This document shows positions 18,953-28,530 of a DNA stretch of 64,000 bases, one piece after another. How positions within the stretch are numbered: position 1 is the stretch's first letter; the number at the start of each line of letters is the position of its first letter. Below the pieces are notes generated by a model that saw nothing but the letters and a program-made list of their open reading frames with translations, did no database searches and was not told the origin of the DNA. The DNA comes from Candidatus Acetothermia bacterium (GTDB lineage Bacteria > Bipolaricaulota > Bipolaricaulia > RBG-16-55-9 > JANLFV01): assembly GCA_024653345.1 (NCBI GenBank), contig JANLFV010000001.1, positions 9,179-73,178 on the forward strand, written 5' to 3'. The translations under genes and the position numbers were made by a program.

Positions 18953-21900
18953 GGGCGCGGCAGGCCAGGAGCGGATCGGGGTCTACATCTGCCACTGCGG
19001 GGTCAACATCGCCGAGAGGATCGATGTCGAGCAGGTGGCAGGCTTTACCTCGACCCTCCCCGGCGTGGTCGTCGCGCGGAGCTATAAGTTCATGTGCTCC
19101 GATCCCGGGCAGGAGCTGATCAAGAAGGACATCCGCGAGCAAGGGCTCAACCGCGTGGTGGTCGCGGCCTGCTCACCGCTCCTCCATGAGCGGACCTTCC
19201 GCCGGGTCCTGACGGAGGAGGGGATCACCCCGTTCTACTTCCAGATGGCCAACATCCGGGAGCAGGACTCTTGGGTCCACCGCGACGGCGGTCTGGCCAC
19301 GGAGAAAGCGAAGGCTCTCGTCCGGGCAGCCGTGCGGCGGGTCTCCTACCATGAACCGCTCGAGGTCCGCGAGGTCCCGGTCAACCCTGATGTCCTGGTC
19401 GTCGGTGGAGGGATCGCCGGGATCGAGGCGGCCTTGACCCTGGCCGAGGCGGGGAAGCGGGTCTATCTCGTCGAGCGGGAGCCGTCTATCGGGGGGCATA
19501 TGGCCCAACTGGACAAGACCTTCCCGACCCTCGACTGCTCCGCCTGCATCCTTACCCCCAAGATGAGCGATGTCGGGGCCCATCCGAACATCGAGCTCCT
19601 CACCTACAGCGAGGTCGAGTCCATAGAGGGCTATGTGGGAAACTTCAAGGCCAAGATCAGGAAGAAGGCCCGCAAGGTGACTGCCGACTGCACCGGCTGC
19701 TCCGACTGCGAGGACCCTTGCCCCATCACCCTACCCTCCGAGTTCGATGAGGGGCTGCGTGAGAGGAAGGCGATCTTCCGCCCCTTCCCCCAAGCGGTCC
19801 CGAACATCTACACCATCTCCCGGAAGGGCGTCCCGGCCTGTCAGGCCTCCTGCCCCATCCATCAGAACGCTTACGGCTACATCGCCCTCGCCGCGAAGGG
19901 GAAATTCGAGGAGGCCCTCGACCTGATCCTCTGGGACAACCCTCTCCCGGCCACCCTGGCCCGTGTCTGCCACCACCCCTGCGAGGAGGACTGCAGCCGG
20001 AGGGATGTCGATCAGCCCCTGGCAATCCGCCAGCTGAAGCGGCTCGTCACTGACACGGTCGGGGAGTGGGAGCTGCCCGGGCCGGAGGCGGAGCGGGAGG
20101 AGTCGGTAGCCGTCGTCGGAAGTGGCCCGGCCGGGCTGGCCTGCGCCTACGATCTCCGTCGGAAGGGCTACCGGGTAACCGTTTACGAAGCTGAGGCCGA
20201 GCCGGGCGGAAGGCTCTCCGCCATCCCGGCGTTTCGCCTCCCCCAGGAGATCTTGGAACAGGAGATCGCCCGGCTGGAGGAGATCGGAATCGAGATCCGC
20301 CGCGGCTCCAGGGTGGAGGTTGATAAGCTCCTGAGGGAGCATCAGGCGGTCTTCATCGCCATCGGAGCCCCCTTGGAGAAGCTGGCGATCCCCGGCGCAG
20401 AGCTGCGGGGAGTGATCCGGGGGCGAGAGTTCTTGGCTTCGCTCAGGCGGGGCCGACCGCTCGAGGTGGGGCGAAGCGTCATCATCTTAGGTGATGATGA
20501 CCGGGCTTTGGATATCGCCCGCGCAGCCGTCAGGCGGGGAGCTAAGGCCACCCTCGTCTCCCGTCTTCCCCAACCCAAGGCCGCCTCCGAGGAGATCGAG
20601 GCGGTTCAGGAGGAGGGGGTGAGGCTGGAGACCGCCGTCACGCCGGTGAGGATACTCGGCAACGGCAGGGTCGAGGGGTTGGAATGTAAGACTGCGGGAA
20701 CGGAGTTCGTGATAGAGGGGGAGACCCTGATCATCTCCGCCGGGGGCGTTCCCGAAGCCGAGGCAGTCGCGCATCTGGGCCTCAAGCTAACTGCAGAGGG
20801 CTATCTCGCCGCCGATCCGCTCACCCTGGCCACCGATGTCGCGGGGGTCTTCGCGGGGGGCGAGTGCGTCAGCGGCCCACTGTCGGTGGTCGAGGCCATG
20901 GCGTCGGGGAGGAAGGGCGCGGAGTCGATCCATCGCTACCTCAACGGCCTCGATATGTATGGTGCCCGGGAGCTCGAGGGCCCCTACGCCAGCACAATCG
21001 AGGTCGAGACCTCGGGCGTAGAGCAGCGCCCGCGCCAGGAGGGGCCGCGCCTGCCGGTCGCCGAGCGGAAGGGCTTCCAGGAGGTCCAACTCCCGTTGGA
21101 GGAGAGGGCGGCGCTGGAGGAGGCCGAGCGCTGCTTGAAGTGCGCCGGCTGCTGCGATTGCCGCCTCTGCTGGACGGTCTGCGAGCCCGAAGCGATCGAT
21201 TACACCATGGAAGACGAGCTTGTTGAGGTCGAGGTCGGCGCGGTGATCCTCGCTACAGGTTATAAGACCTTCGACCCCCGCAAGATCCCGCAATACGGCT
21301 ATGGACGCTACGACAATGTCCTGAGCGGCTTGGAGTTCGAGCGGCTGGTCAACTCCGCCGGGCCGACCGAGGGGAAGGTCGTCCTGAAGGATGGCTCCAC
21401 CCCCAAGCGGATCGCGATCATCCACTGCGTCGGCTCGCGGGATGAGCGCTTCAATCCCTACTGCTCCAAGATCTGCTGCATGTATTCCCTGAAGTTCGCC
21501 CACCTGGTGAAGGAGCGGACCGGCGCGGAAGTCTACAACTTCTACATTGACATGCGGACCTTCGGGAAGGGCTATGAGGAGTTCTACCGCCGCGTCCGGA
21601 CCGAGGGGGTGAAGCTGATCCGCGGCCTACCCGGCGAGATCGTCCAGCGGGACGGGAAGCTCCATCTCATCGGCGAGAACATCCTCCTGGACGAGATGTA
21701 TGACCTGGAGGTGGACATGGTGATCCTGGCGGTCGGGCTTGAGCCGCGCGCCGATGCGGAAGAGATAAGGAGGCTGTTCAACATCAGTTGCAGCCAAGAC
21801 GGCTGGTTCCTCGAGCGCCACCCCAAGCTCGCCCCGGTCTCGACCTTCACCGACGGGATCTTTCTGGCCGGCGCCTGCCAAGGCCCCAAGGACATTCCGG

Positions 21901-22211
21901 ACTCCGTCGCCCAAGCTGGGGCGGCCGCAGCCGGGGCGCTGGCCCTCATCGACGCCGGCCAGGTGAAGCTGGAGGCCTACACCGCGCAGATCGACGCGAG
22001 CCTCTGCTCCGGCTGCCGGACCTGTATCAGCTTGTGCCCCTTCGGGGCGATCGACTTCGACGAGGAGAGGAGAGTGGCCGTGGTCAATGCTGCCTTGTGC
22101 AAGGGCTGCGGCACCTGCGTCGCCGCCTGCCCCTCTGGGGCCGCGACCCAGGCCCACTTCAAGGACGAGCAGATCATGGCGGAGATCGAGGCCCTCCTCC
22201 AGGAGGGCTGA
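18945..22211 (+). CDS. hdrA: Heterodisulfide reductase subunit A, long (HdrL-like) form with inserted GltD/NfnB-like flavin domain
   Basis: GVYICHCG, ACSP, GGGIAG, LDKTFPTLDCSACIL, HCVGSRD, CSKICC, GACQGPKDI, C-terminal ferredoxin; insert with CQASCP/RVCHHPCE/GSGPAG. Confidence 0.93.
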   Translation: MAEGAAGQERIGVYICHCGVNIAERIDVEQVAGFTSTLPGVVVARSYKFMCSDPGQELIKKDIREQGLNRVVVAACSPLLHERTFRRVLTEEGITPFYFQMANIREQDSWVHRDGGLATEKAKALVRAAVRRVSYHEPLEVREVPVNPDVLVVGGGIAGIEAALTLAEAGKRVYLVEREPSIGGHMAQLDKTFPTLDCSACILTPKMSDVGAHPNIELLTYSEVESIEGYVGNFKAKIRKKARKVTADCTGCSDCEDPCPITLPSEFDEGLRERKAIFRPFPQAVPNIYTISRKGVPACQASCPIHQNAYGYIALAAKGKFEEALDLILWDNPLPATLARVCHHPCEEDCSRRDVDQPLAIRQLKRLVTDTVGEWELPGPEAEREESVAVVGSGPAGLACAYDLRRKGYRVTVYEAEAEPGGRLSAIPAFRLPQEILEQEIARLEEIGIEIRRGSRVEVDKLLREHQAVFIAIGAPLEKLAIPGAELRGVIRGREFLASLRRGRPLEVGRSVIILGDDDRALDIARAAVRRGAKATLVSRLPQPKAASEEIEAVQEEGVRLETAVTPVRILGNGRVEGLECKTAGTEFVIEGETLIISAGGVPEAEAVAHLGLKLTAEGYLAADPLTLATDVAGVFAGGECVSGPLSVVEAMASGRKGAESIHRYLNGLDMYGARELEGPYASTIEVETSGVEQRPRQEGPRLPVAERKGFQEVQLPLEERAALEEAERCLKCAGCCDCRLCWTVCEPEAIDYTMEDELVEVEVGAVILATGYKTFDPRKIPQYGYGRYDNVLSGLEFERLVNSAGPTEGKVVLKDGSTPKRIAIIHCVGSRDERFNPYCSKICCMYSLKFAHLVKERTGAEVYNFYIDMRTFGKGYEEFYRRVRTEGVKLIRGLPGEIVQRDGKLHLIGENILLDEMYDLEVDMVILAVGLEPRADAEEIRRLFNISCSQDGWFLERHPKLAPVSTFTDGIFLAGACQGPKDIPDSVAQAGAAAAGALALIDAGQVKLEAYTAQIDASLCSGCRTCISLCPFGAIDFDEERRVAVVNAALCKGCGTCVAACPSGAATQAHFKDEQIMAEIEALLQEG

Positions 22212-22251
22212 TTCGAACGAGCGCCAGAAGGTGCGCGAGGTGGAAGTGACT

Positions 22252-23088
22252 ATGGGCTATGAGATCTTGGAGAAGCGGGCGCTAGCGCCGGGGATCAAGC
22301 TCTTCCGCATCAGGGCCCCGCTGGTAGCGAGGAAAGTCCGCGCGGGCCACTTTGTGGTCATCCGCCTCGACGAGAGAGGTGAGCGGATCCCGCTCACCCC
22401 CCTGGAGGCCGATCCTCAAGCGGGGACGGTCACCCTAGTGGTCCAGGAGGTCGGGAAGACGACCAAGCAGTTGGGCGAGATGGAGCCAGGGGGTGAGCTC
22501 ATGAACTTCGTCGGCCCCCTGGGGAACCCCTTCCCCGTGAAGCGATACGGGAAGGTCATCATCGTCGGCGGGGGCGTGGGGGTCGTCCCGGCCTATCATG
22601 TCGCCAAGGAGTTGAAGTCGCTCAACTGGGTGGGCTCGATCATCGGTGCTCGGACCAAAGAGCTGCTCATCCTCGAGGAGATGTTTCGCCAGATCAGCGA
22701 CGAGGTCCATATAACCACGGACGACGGCTCCTACGGGCGGAAGGGGTTCGTCACCGAGGCGCTCGATGAGCTGCTCGCTCGAGACTCGGCCGACCTGGTG
22801 GTGGCGATTGGCCCCGTCCCGATGATGAAGGCCGCGGTGGAGGTGACGAAGCGTCACGGGGTGAAGACCCTCGTGGATGTGAACCCGATCATGGTCGATG
22901 CCACGGGGATGTGCGGCTGCTGCCGCGTGGAGGTTGGGGGTGAGACGAAGTTCGCCTGCGTCGACGGCCCGACCTTCGACGGCTGGCTGGTCAACTTCGA
23001 CCTGCTCACCCGCCGGCTCAATCAGTATCGCGACCAGGAGCGGTTGGCGCTCGCGCGCTACGAGGAGGAGAGACGGACGAGATCATGA
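22252..23088 (+). CDS. nfnA: NfnA/SudB small subunit of electron-bifurcating transhydrogenase
   Basis: GERIPLT, GPLGNP, GGGVG, TDDGSYG, MVDATGMCGCCRV...CVDGP. Confidence 0.88.
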   Translation: MGYEILEKRALAPGIKLFRIRAPLVARKVRAGHFVVIRLDERGERIPLTPLEADPQAGTVTLVVQEVGKTTKQLGEMEPGGELMNFVGPLGNPFPVKRYGKVIIVGGGVGVVPAYHVAKELKSLNWVGSIIGARTKELLILEEMFRQISDEVHITTDDGSYGRKGFVTEALDELLARDSADLVVAIGPVPMMKAAVEVTKRHGVKTLVDVNPIMVDATGMCGCCRVEVGGETKFACVDGPTFDGWLVNFDLLTRRLNQYRDQERLALARYEEERRTRS

Positions 23089-24539
23089 GCCCGGTGAAGC
23101 AAGAGAGAGTCCTCAAGTTATGCTACGGGAGGCTGGAGGAGGTCCCGAAGCGAGCCTGGGCGGAGCGAATCAGGGACTTCGCCGAGGTCTCGCTCGGGCT
23201 GGACGAGCGCTGGGCGCGGAAGGAGGCGACCCGCTGCTTTGTTTGCGACCACCCCAACTGCGTCGAGGGCTGCCCCGCTGAAGTGAAGATTCCCCAATTC
23301 ATCGAGCATGTCCGGAAGGGTGAATTCGAGGAAGCATTGGCGGTGATCAAGGAGACGAACAGCCTTCCCGGGGTCTGCGGCCGGGTCTGCCCCCAGGAGG
23401 AGCAGTGCGAGCGGAACTGCAAGCTGGGCCGGAAGGGCCAGCCGGTGAGCATCCTGAAACTCGAGCGGTTCGTCGCTGACTGGTGCCGGGCCCACGGTGC
23501 GGCGGAGGGGCCGAGGGTCGAGATCGAGCGGAACGGCCATAAGGTTGCCGTGGTCGGCAGCGGCCCTGCAGGCTTGACCTGTGCCGCTGACTTGGCCAAG
23601 CTCGGGTATGAGGTGACGGTGTTCGAGGCGCTCCATGAGCTCGGCGGGGTCCTGGTATACGGGATCCCTGAGTTCCGCCTCCCCAACATCATCGTCGAGG
23701 AGGAGGTGCGGGACATTCGCAGGCTGGGGGTGGAGTTCTTGACCGATGTGATCATCGGGAAGACCCTGACCATCCAAGACCTCCGGGAGTTGGGCTATGA
23801 GGCGGTCTTCATCGGCACCGGCGCAGGAGCCCCGATTCTCCCGGACATCCCGGGGATCAACCTCAACGGGGTCTATTCCGCGAACGAGTTCCTCACCCGC
23901 TCCAACCTGATGCGGGCCTATCGGTTCCCGGAGTTCGACACCCCGATCTATGTCGGCAAGCGGGTGGCAGTAGTCGGCGGAGGGAATGTGGCGATGGACT
24001 CCGCACGGACGGCCCTCCGGCTCGGGGCCGAGAAGGTCTATCTCGTCTACCGGCGCTCGAGAGAGGAGATGCCCGCGCGGATCGAGGAGGTCCGCCACGC
24101 CGAGGAGGAGGGGATCGAGTTCGTCCTCCTGACCAATCCCACCAGGGTCCTCGGCAGAGAGCGAGTCGAGGGGCTCGAGTGCATTCGGATGAGGCTGGGC
24201 GAGCCGGACTCCTCAGGCCGCCGCCGGCCCATCCCCATCGAGGGCTCGGAGTTCACCATGGAGGTCGACACGGTGATCATGGCGATCGGGCAGGATGTCA
24301 ACCCCCTCCTCCAACGGGCGACGGAGGGGCTTGCGCACGACCGCTGGGACCGGATTCAGGTCGATGCCACCGGGCAGACGACCCTCGAGGGTGTCTTCGC
24401 CGGGGGCGATGTGATCAGCGGCGCGGCCACGGTGATCAAGGCGATCGGGGACGGGAAGCGGGCCGCCCGCTCGATCCACGCCTACCTCCAAGCGAAGCAC
24501 GCCCCCGTGGCGGCCCAGAGGGCGGAGGTGAGAGGATGA
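23085..24539 (+). CDS. nfnB: NfnB/SudA large subunit (often misannotated as glutamate synthase small chain)
   Basis: RCFVC..PNCVEGCP, GRVCPQEEQCE, GSGPAG, YGIPEFRLP, GGGNVAMD, YRR; no gltB nearby and follows nfnA. Confidence 0.88.
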   Translation: MSPVKQERVLKLCYGRLEEVPKRAWAERIRDFAEVSLGLDERWARKEATRCFVCDHPNCVEGCPAEVKIPQFIEHVRKGEFEEALAVIKETNSLPGVCGRVCPQEEQCERNCKLGRKGQPVSILKLERFVADWCRAHGAAEGPRVEIERNGHKVAVVGSGPAGLTCAADLAKLGYEVTVFEALHELGGVLVYGIPEFRLPNIIVEEEVRDIRRLGVEFLTDVIIGKTLTIQDLRELGYEAVFIGTGAGAPILPDIPGINLNGVYSANEFLTRSNLMRAYRFPEFDTPIYVGKRVAVVGGGNVAMDSARTALRLGAEKVYLVYRRSREEMPARIEEVRHAEEEGIEFVLLTNPTRVLGRERVEGLECIRMRLGEPDSSGRRRPIPIEGSEFTMEVDTVIMAIGQDVNPLLQRATEGLAHDRWDRIQVDATGQTTLEGVFAGGDVISGAATVIKAIGDGKRAARSIHAYLQAKHAPVAAQRAEVRG

Positions 24540-25015
24540 GCTTCGAGCCGAAGATCGTGGCCTTCTTCTGCAACTGGTGCACCTATACCGCGGCCGATCT
24601 GGCCGGGACCTCGAGGATGCAATATGCCCCCAACGCCCGGATCATCAGGGTGATGTGCTCGGGCCGGGTCGACCCACAGTTCGTGCTCCAGGCCTTCCGC
24701 GAGGGCGCGGACGGGGTCCTCATCGGCGGCTGCCACCCTGGGGACTGCCACTACCAGGAGGGAAACTACAAGGCCCTGAGACGCTATCACCTCCTCGCGG
24801 CGATGCTGGAGCAGTTGGGCATCGAGCGCGAGCGGCTCCGCCTCGAGTGGATCGCCGCCTCCGAGGGGGAGAAGGTGAAGCGGGTGATCGACGAGATGAC
24901 CGAGCAACTCAAGAAACTGGGCCCGCTGAACTGGCACCGTGAGCTGGAGCCCGCTGGATCGAGCCGAAGCCCCGCGACAGGGAGTGAGAGGCCTGAGGCT
25001 AAGGAGGCGGAGTGA
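24536..25015 (+). CDS. mvhD: MvhD [2Fe-2S] subunit
   Basis: FEPKIVAFFCNWCTY, VMCSGRVDP, GCHPGDCHY; ATG overlaps nfnB stop. Confidence 0.95.
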   Translation: MSFEPKIVAFFCNWCTYTAADLAGTSRMQYAPNARIIRVMCSGRVDPQFVLQAFREGADGVLIGGCHPGDCHYQEGNYKALRRYHLLAAMLEQLGIERERLRLEWIAASEGEKVKRVIDEMTEQLKKLGPLNWHRELEPAGSSRSPATGSERPEAKEAE

Positions 25016-25030
25016 GGAGGCGCGCGGAGG

Positions 25031-26011
25031 ATGGCTAAACCGAAAGTCGCGTTCTATTGGTGCGGGAGCTGCGGCGGCTGCGAGGAGGCCGCCGTCGATC
25101 TCGCTGAGGATTTCCTCAAGCTGGCGGAGCAGGTGGAGCTCGTCTTCTGGCCGATCGCTCTGGACTTCAAGAAGAGCGATGTCGAGGCCCTCCCCGAGCG
25201 CGCGATCACCGCTGCGTTCATCAACGGCTCGATCCGCCTCTCCGAGCACCAAGAGATGGCCGAGCTCCTCCGGAGCAAGTCTCAATACCTAATAGCCTAC
25301 GGCAGCTGCTCCCACCTCGGGGGGATTCCAGGCTTGGCCAACCTGTGGGACGACGAGGCCATCATCGACTACATCTACCGGCAAGCGCCCTCGGTGGACA
25401 ATCCCCACGGGGCCCTGCCCCAGTCCCACCTAGAACTAGACGGCAAGGAGTTGGAGCTTCCGGAGTTCTGGGAGGCGGTGAAGGCCCTCGACCAGGCGGT
25501 GGAGGTAGACTACTATGTGCCGGGCTGCCCTCCCACGGCTCCAGTGACCAAGAGGGCCTTCCAAACGCTCCTCTCCGGGGAGCTCCCCCCCAAGGGGACG
25601 GTCCTCGGGGCCGGGACGAGAGCGCTCTGCCACGAGTGCCCCCTGAACGAGACTAAGCCGGAAAAGCTGTCAATAAAGCGGATCAAGCGGGTCCACCAGG
25701 TGATCCCCGATCCGAACCTCTGCCTCCTCGCTCAAGGGATCCTCTGTCTGGGGCCGGCCACCCGTGAGGGGTGCGGGGCTCAATGTATCAGGGCCCATAT
25801 GCCCTGCACGGGCTGCTTCGGCCCCCTGGACCATGTGCGCGACTTCGGGGCGAAGGGCATCGCGGCCCTGGCTTCGCTCATCGACTACAACTCGGAGGAG
25901 GAGCTGATCAAGGTCTTGCGGGAGGTGCCCGACCCGGTGGGGACCTTCTACCGCTATAGCCTTCCCACCTCGCTCCTTCGACGGAAGAGGCTCACCAAGG
26001 AGGGCAGATGA
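25031..26011 (+). CDS. mvhG: MvhG [NiFe]-hydrogenase small subunit
   Basis: CGSCGGCEE, YGSC, PGCPP, CHECP, CLGPATREGCGAQC, PCTGCFGP. Confidence 0.93.
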   Translation: MAKPKVAFYWCGSCGGCEEAAVDLAEDFLKLAEQVELVFWPIALDFKKSDVEALPERAITAAFINGSIRLSEHQEMAELLRSKSQYLIAYGSCSHLGGIPGLANLWDDEAIIDYIYRQAPSVDNPHGALPQSHLELDGKELELPEFWEAVKALDQAVEVDYYVPGCPPTAPVTKRAFQTLLSGELPPKGTVLGAGTRALCHECPLNETKPEKLSIKRIKRVHQVIPDPNLCLLAQGILCLGPATREGCGAQCIRAHMPCTGCFGPLDHVRDFGAKGIAALASLIDYNSEEELIKVLREVPDPVGTFYRYSLPTSLLRRKRLTKEGR

Positions 26012-27471
26012 GGAAGATCACCATTGATCCGATCACCCGCTTGGAGGGCCATGGGAAGATCGTCATCTTCCTCAATGATCGAGGGGATGTCGAGCGGGCT
26101 TACCTCCAGATCCCGGAGCTAAGGGGGTTCGAGAAGTTCTCCCAGGGGAGGCTGGCCGAGGACATGCCCCAGATCACCTCCAGGATCTGCGGGGTCTGCC
26201 CCTGGGCCCACCACATGGCCGCCACCAAGGCCCTGGATGACCTTTACAAGGTCGACCCGCCCGCGGCGGCGAAGAAGATCCGCGAGCTGGCTTACAATGT
26301 GTTCATCTTCGAGGATCACGCGATCCATCTCTTCTACCTTGGCGGGCCGGACCTCTTTGTGGGCCCCAGAGCCCCCAAGGCCGAGCGGAACATCCTCGGG
26401 GTGATCGGGAAGGTCGGCCTGGAGGTGGGCAAGCGGGTGATCGGGATGAGGAGGGAGCTGCGCGAGCTGGAGGCTCTCGTCGGCGGGCGGACGATCAACC
26501 CGGTGATGGGCCTCCCCGGCGGGGTCTCCAAGGCCCTCACAGCCGAGGACCAGAAGAGATTTCAGGAGACGGCCGCCCGAGCGGTCGAGTTCGCCCTGTT
26601 CACCCTCCAGCTGTTCAAGAAGACCTTGCAGGATAACCCGCAATATCTCGAGCTGATCAAGTCCGAGGCCTACACCCACAAGACTTATTACATGGGCTTG
26701 GTCGATGACCGGGACAGGGTGAACTTCTATGACGGCCAGGTCCGAGTGGTCGATCCCTCGGGCAAGGAGTTCGCCAAGTTCAGGGCCCAGGATTATCTGG
26801 AACATATCGCTGAGCACGTCGAGCCGTGGAGTTACACCAAGTTCTCCTTCTTGAAGAAGGTGGGGTGGAAGGGCTTTGTCGACGGGCCGGATTCGGGGAT
26901 CTTGGCCGTGGCTCCATTGGGAAGGCTCAATGCCGCTTCAGGGATGGCCACCCCCGAGGCCCAAGCTGCCTACGAGGAGTTCTACGATTTCTTCGGCGAA
27001 AGGCCGGTCCACCATACTCTAGCAACCCACTGGGCGAGGATCGTGGAGATGATCTACGCCGGGGAGCGGATCAAGGAACTGGCCGATGATCCCGAGATCA
27101 CCGATCCTAAGGTCCGCCTCCTCCCCACCGCCATCCCGAAGGAGGGGATCGGGGTGGTCGAGGCCCCGCGGGGGACGCTGATCCACCACTACAAGACCGA
27201 TGAGCGCGGCGTGATTGAGGAGGCGAACTTGATCGTGGCCACGCAGAACAACTCCGCTCGGATCGCGATGTCCGTGGACAAGGCCGCGAGAGAGGTCATC
27301 CACGGCGACGGCCAGCTCGATGAGGGGCTCCTCAACATGGTGGAGATGGCCTTCCGAGCCTACGACCCCTGTCATGCCTGCGCCACCCACGCCCTCCCCG
27401 GGCAGATGCCGCTCCTCGTCGAGGTCTACGACCATCGTGGGGAGCTCCTAAGAGAACTCCGGCGAGGTTAG
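26008..27471 (+). CDS. mvhA: MvhA group 3c [NiFe]-hydrogenase large subunit
   Basis: IDPITRLEGH, L1 SRICGVCP, EAPRGTLIHHY, L2 YDPCHACATH plus cleavable C-terminal extension. Confidence 0.95.
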   Translation: MRKITIDPITRLEGHGKIVIFLNDRGDVERAYLQIPELRGFEKFSQGRLAEDMPQITSRICGVCPWAHHMAATKALDDLYKVDPPAAAKKIRELAYNVFIFEDHAIHLFYLGGPDLFVGPRAPKAERNILGVIGKVGLEVGKRVIGMRRELRELEALVGGRTINPVMGLPGGVSKALTAEDQKRFQETAARAVEFALFTLQLFKKTLQDNPQYLELIKSEAYTHKTYYMGLVDDRDRVNFYDGQVRVVDPSGKEFAKFRAQDYLEHIAEHVEPWSYTKFSFLKKVGWKGFVDGPDSGILAVAPLGRLNAASGMATPEAQAAYEEFYDFFGERPVHHTLATHWARIVEMIYAGERIKELADDPEITDPKVRLLPTAIPKEGIGVVEAPRGTLIHHYKTDERGVIEEANLIVATQNNSARIAMSVDKAAREVIHGDGQLDEGLLNMVEMAFRAYDPCHACATHALPGQMPLLVEVYDHRGELLRELRRG

Positions 27472-27474
27472 CCG

Positions 27475-27939
27475 ATGCTGATCCTCGGCCTGGGAAATGA
27501 GCTTCTCCGAGACGACGGCCTAGGCCTGTGGGCCGTGCGGATCTTGAAGGAGCTCGTTCATGATGGCGGGGTCACCTTCGCCGAGAGCTGGCGGGGCGGG
27601 TTGGAGCTACTGGACCTGCTGGAAGGCCACGAGCGAGCGATCATCATCGATGCCCTGATCCCCGGGGAGGAGCCAGGCAGGATCCGGCGGCTCACCTTAG
27701 ATGAGCTCGAAGCTCCGGCGGAGGCGCTCACCCCCCATCGTGCAGGCCTGAGGGAGGTGGCAGCCCTGGCCGAGAGGCTCGGGCTGGACTTCCCCCGCGA
27801 GGTGATAATCTACACCGTGGATGTAGCTGACATCCAGACGGTCGAGGAGGGGCTGAGCGGGCCGGTGGCTGAGGCTCTGCCGCGGCTGGTCGAGCTGGTC
27901 AGAGCAGAGCTGGCCGCGGTCGCCCCCCGATCGCTGTAA
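27475..27939 (+). CDS. Hydrogenase maturation protease
   Basis: ILGLGNELLRDDGLG, IIIDA, His motif; follows mvhA. Confidence 0.92.
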   Translation: MLILGLGNELLRDDGLGLWAVRILKELVHDGGVTFAESWRGGLELLDLLEGHERAIIIDALIPGEEPGRIRRLTLDELEAPAEALTPHRAGLREVAALAERLGLDFPREVIIYTVDVADIQTVEEGLSGPVAEALPRLVELVRAELAAVAPRSL

Positions 27940-27947
27940 TCTTCCCC

Positions 27948-28526
27948 ATGACTGGCGACATAAGCCTTCCCCAGATCGAGGAACTCGCCCGCGCGCTGCT
28001 CCTGAAGATCGGCGAGGATCCCGAGCGCGAGGGGCTCCGGCTCACGCCCCAGCGGGTGGCGGAGATGCTCGCCGAGCTGACCAGCGGCTATCGGACTGAC
28101 CCTCGCGAGATCATCGATGGGGCGCTCTTCGCTGTCGAGTATGACGAGATGATCGTCGTTAAAGACATTGAGTTCTATTCTCTGTGTGAACACCATCTCA
28201 CCCCATTCTTCGGCAAGGCCCATGTGGGCTACATCCCCGACGGGAAGGTGATCGGCTTCTCCAAGATCCCCAGGATCGTCGACCACTTCTCCAGGAGGCT
28301 CCAGCTCCAGGAGCGCCTGACGGAGGAGATCGCCAACTTCCTGATGGAGGCCGTCGAGCCCCAGGGTGTCGGGGTGGTCCTCGAGGGGTTCCACCTCTGC
28401 ATGGCGATGCGCGGGGTGAAGAAGCAGAATGCGAGGATGGTCACCTCGGCGATGAAGGGACTCTTCCGCCGGGACCCGCGGACCCGGGCCGAGTTCCTGG
28501 AGCTGATCGGCCAGGGGAAGGGCTAG
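27948..28526 (+). CDS. folE: GTP cyclohydrolase I
   Basis: GEDPEREGL..TPQRVA, SLCEHHL.PF, RLQLQERLT, HLCMAMRG. Confidence 0.96.
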   Translation: MTGDISLPQIEELARALLLKIGEDPEREGLRLTPQRVAEMLAELTSGYRTDPREIIDGALFAVEYDEMIVVKDIEFYSLCEHHLTPFFGKAHVGYIPDGKVIGFSKIPRIVDHFSRRLQLQERLTEEIANFLMEAVEPQGVGVVLEGFHLCMAMRGVKKQNARMVTSAMKGLFRRDPRTRAEFLELIGQGKG

Positions 28527-28530
28527 CTCG

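Noticed and set aside
23085-24539. Glutamate synthase small subunit
   Set aside because: No large subunit nearby; coupled to an NfnA/SudB gene
17804-27471. Selenocysteine in Hdr/Mvh subunits
   Set aside because: The usual Sec positions are Cys codons and the frames are uninterrupted
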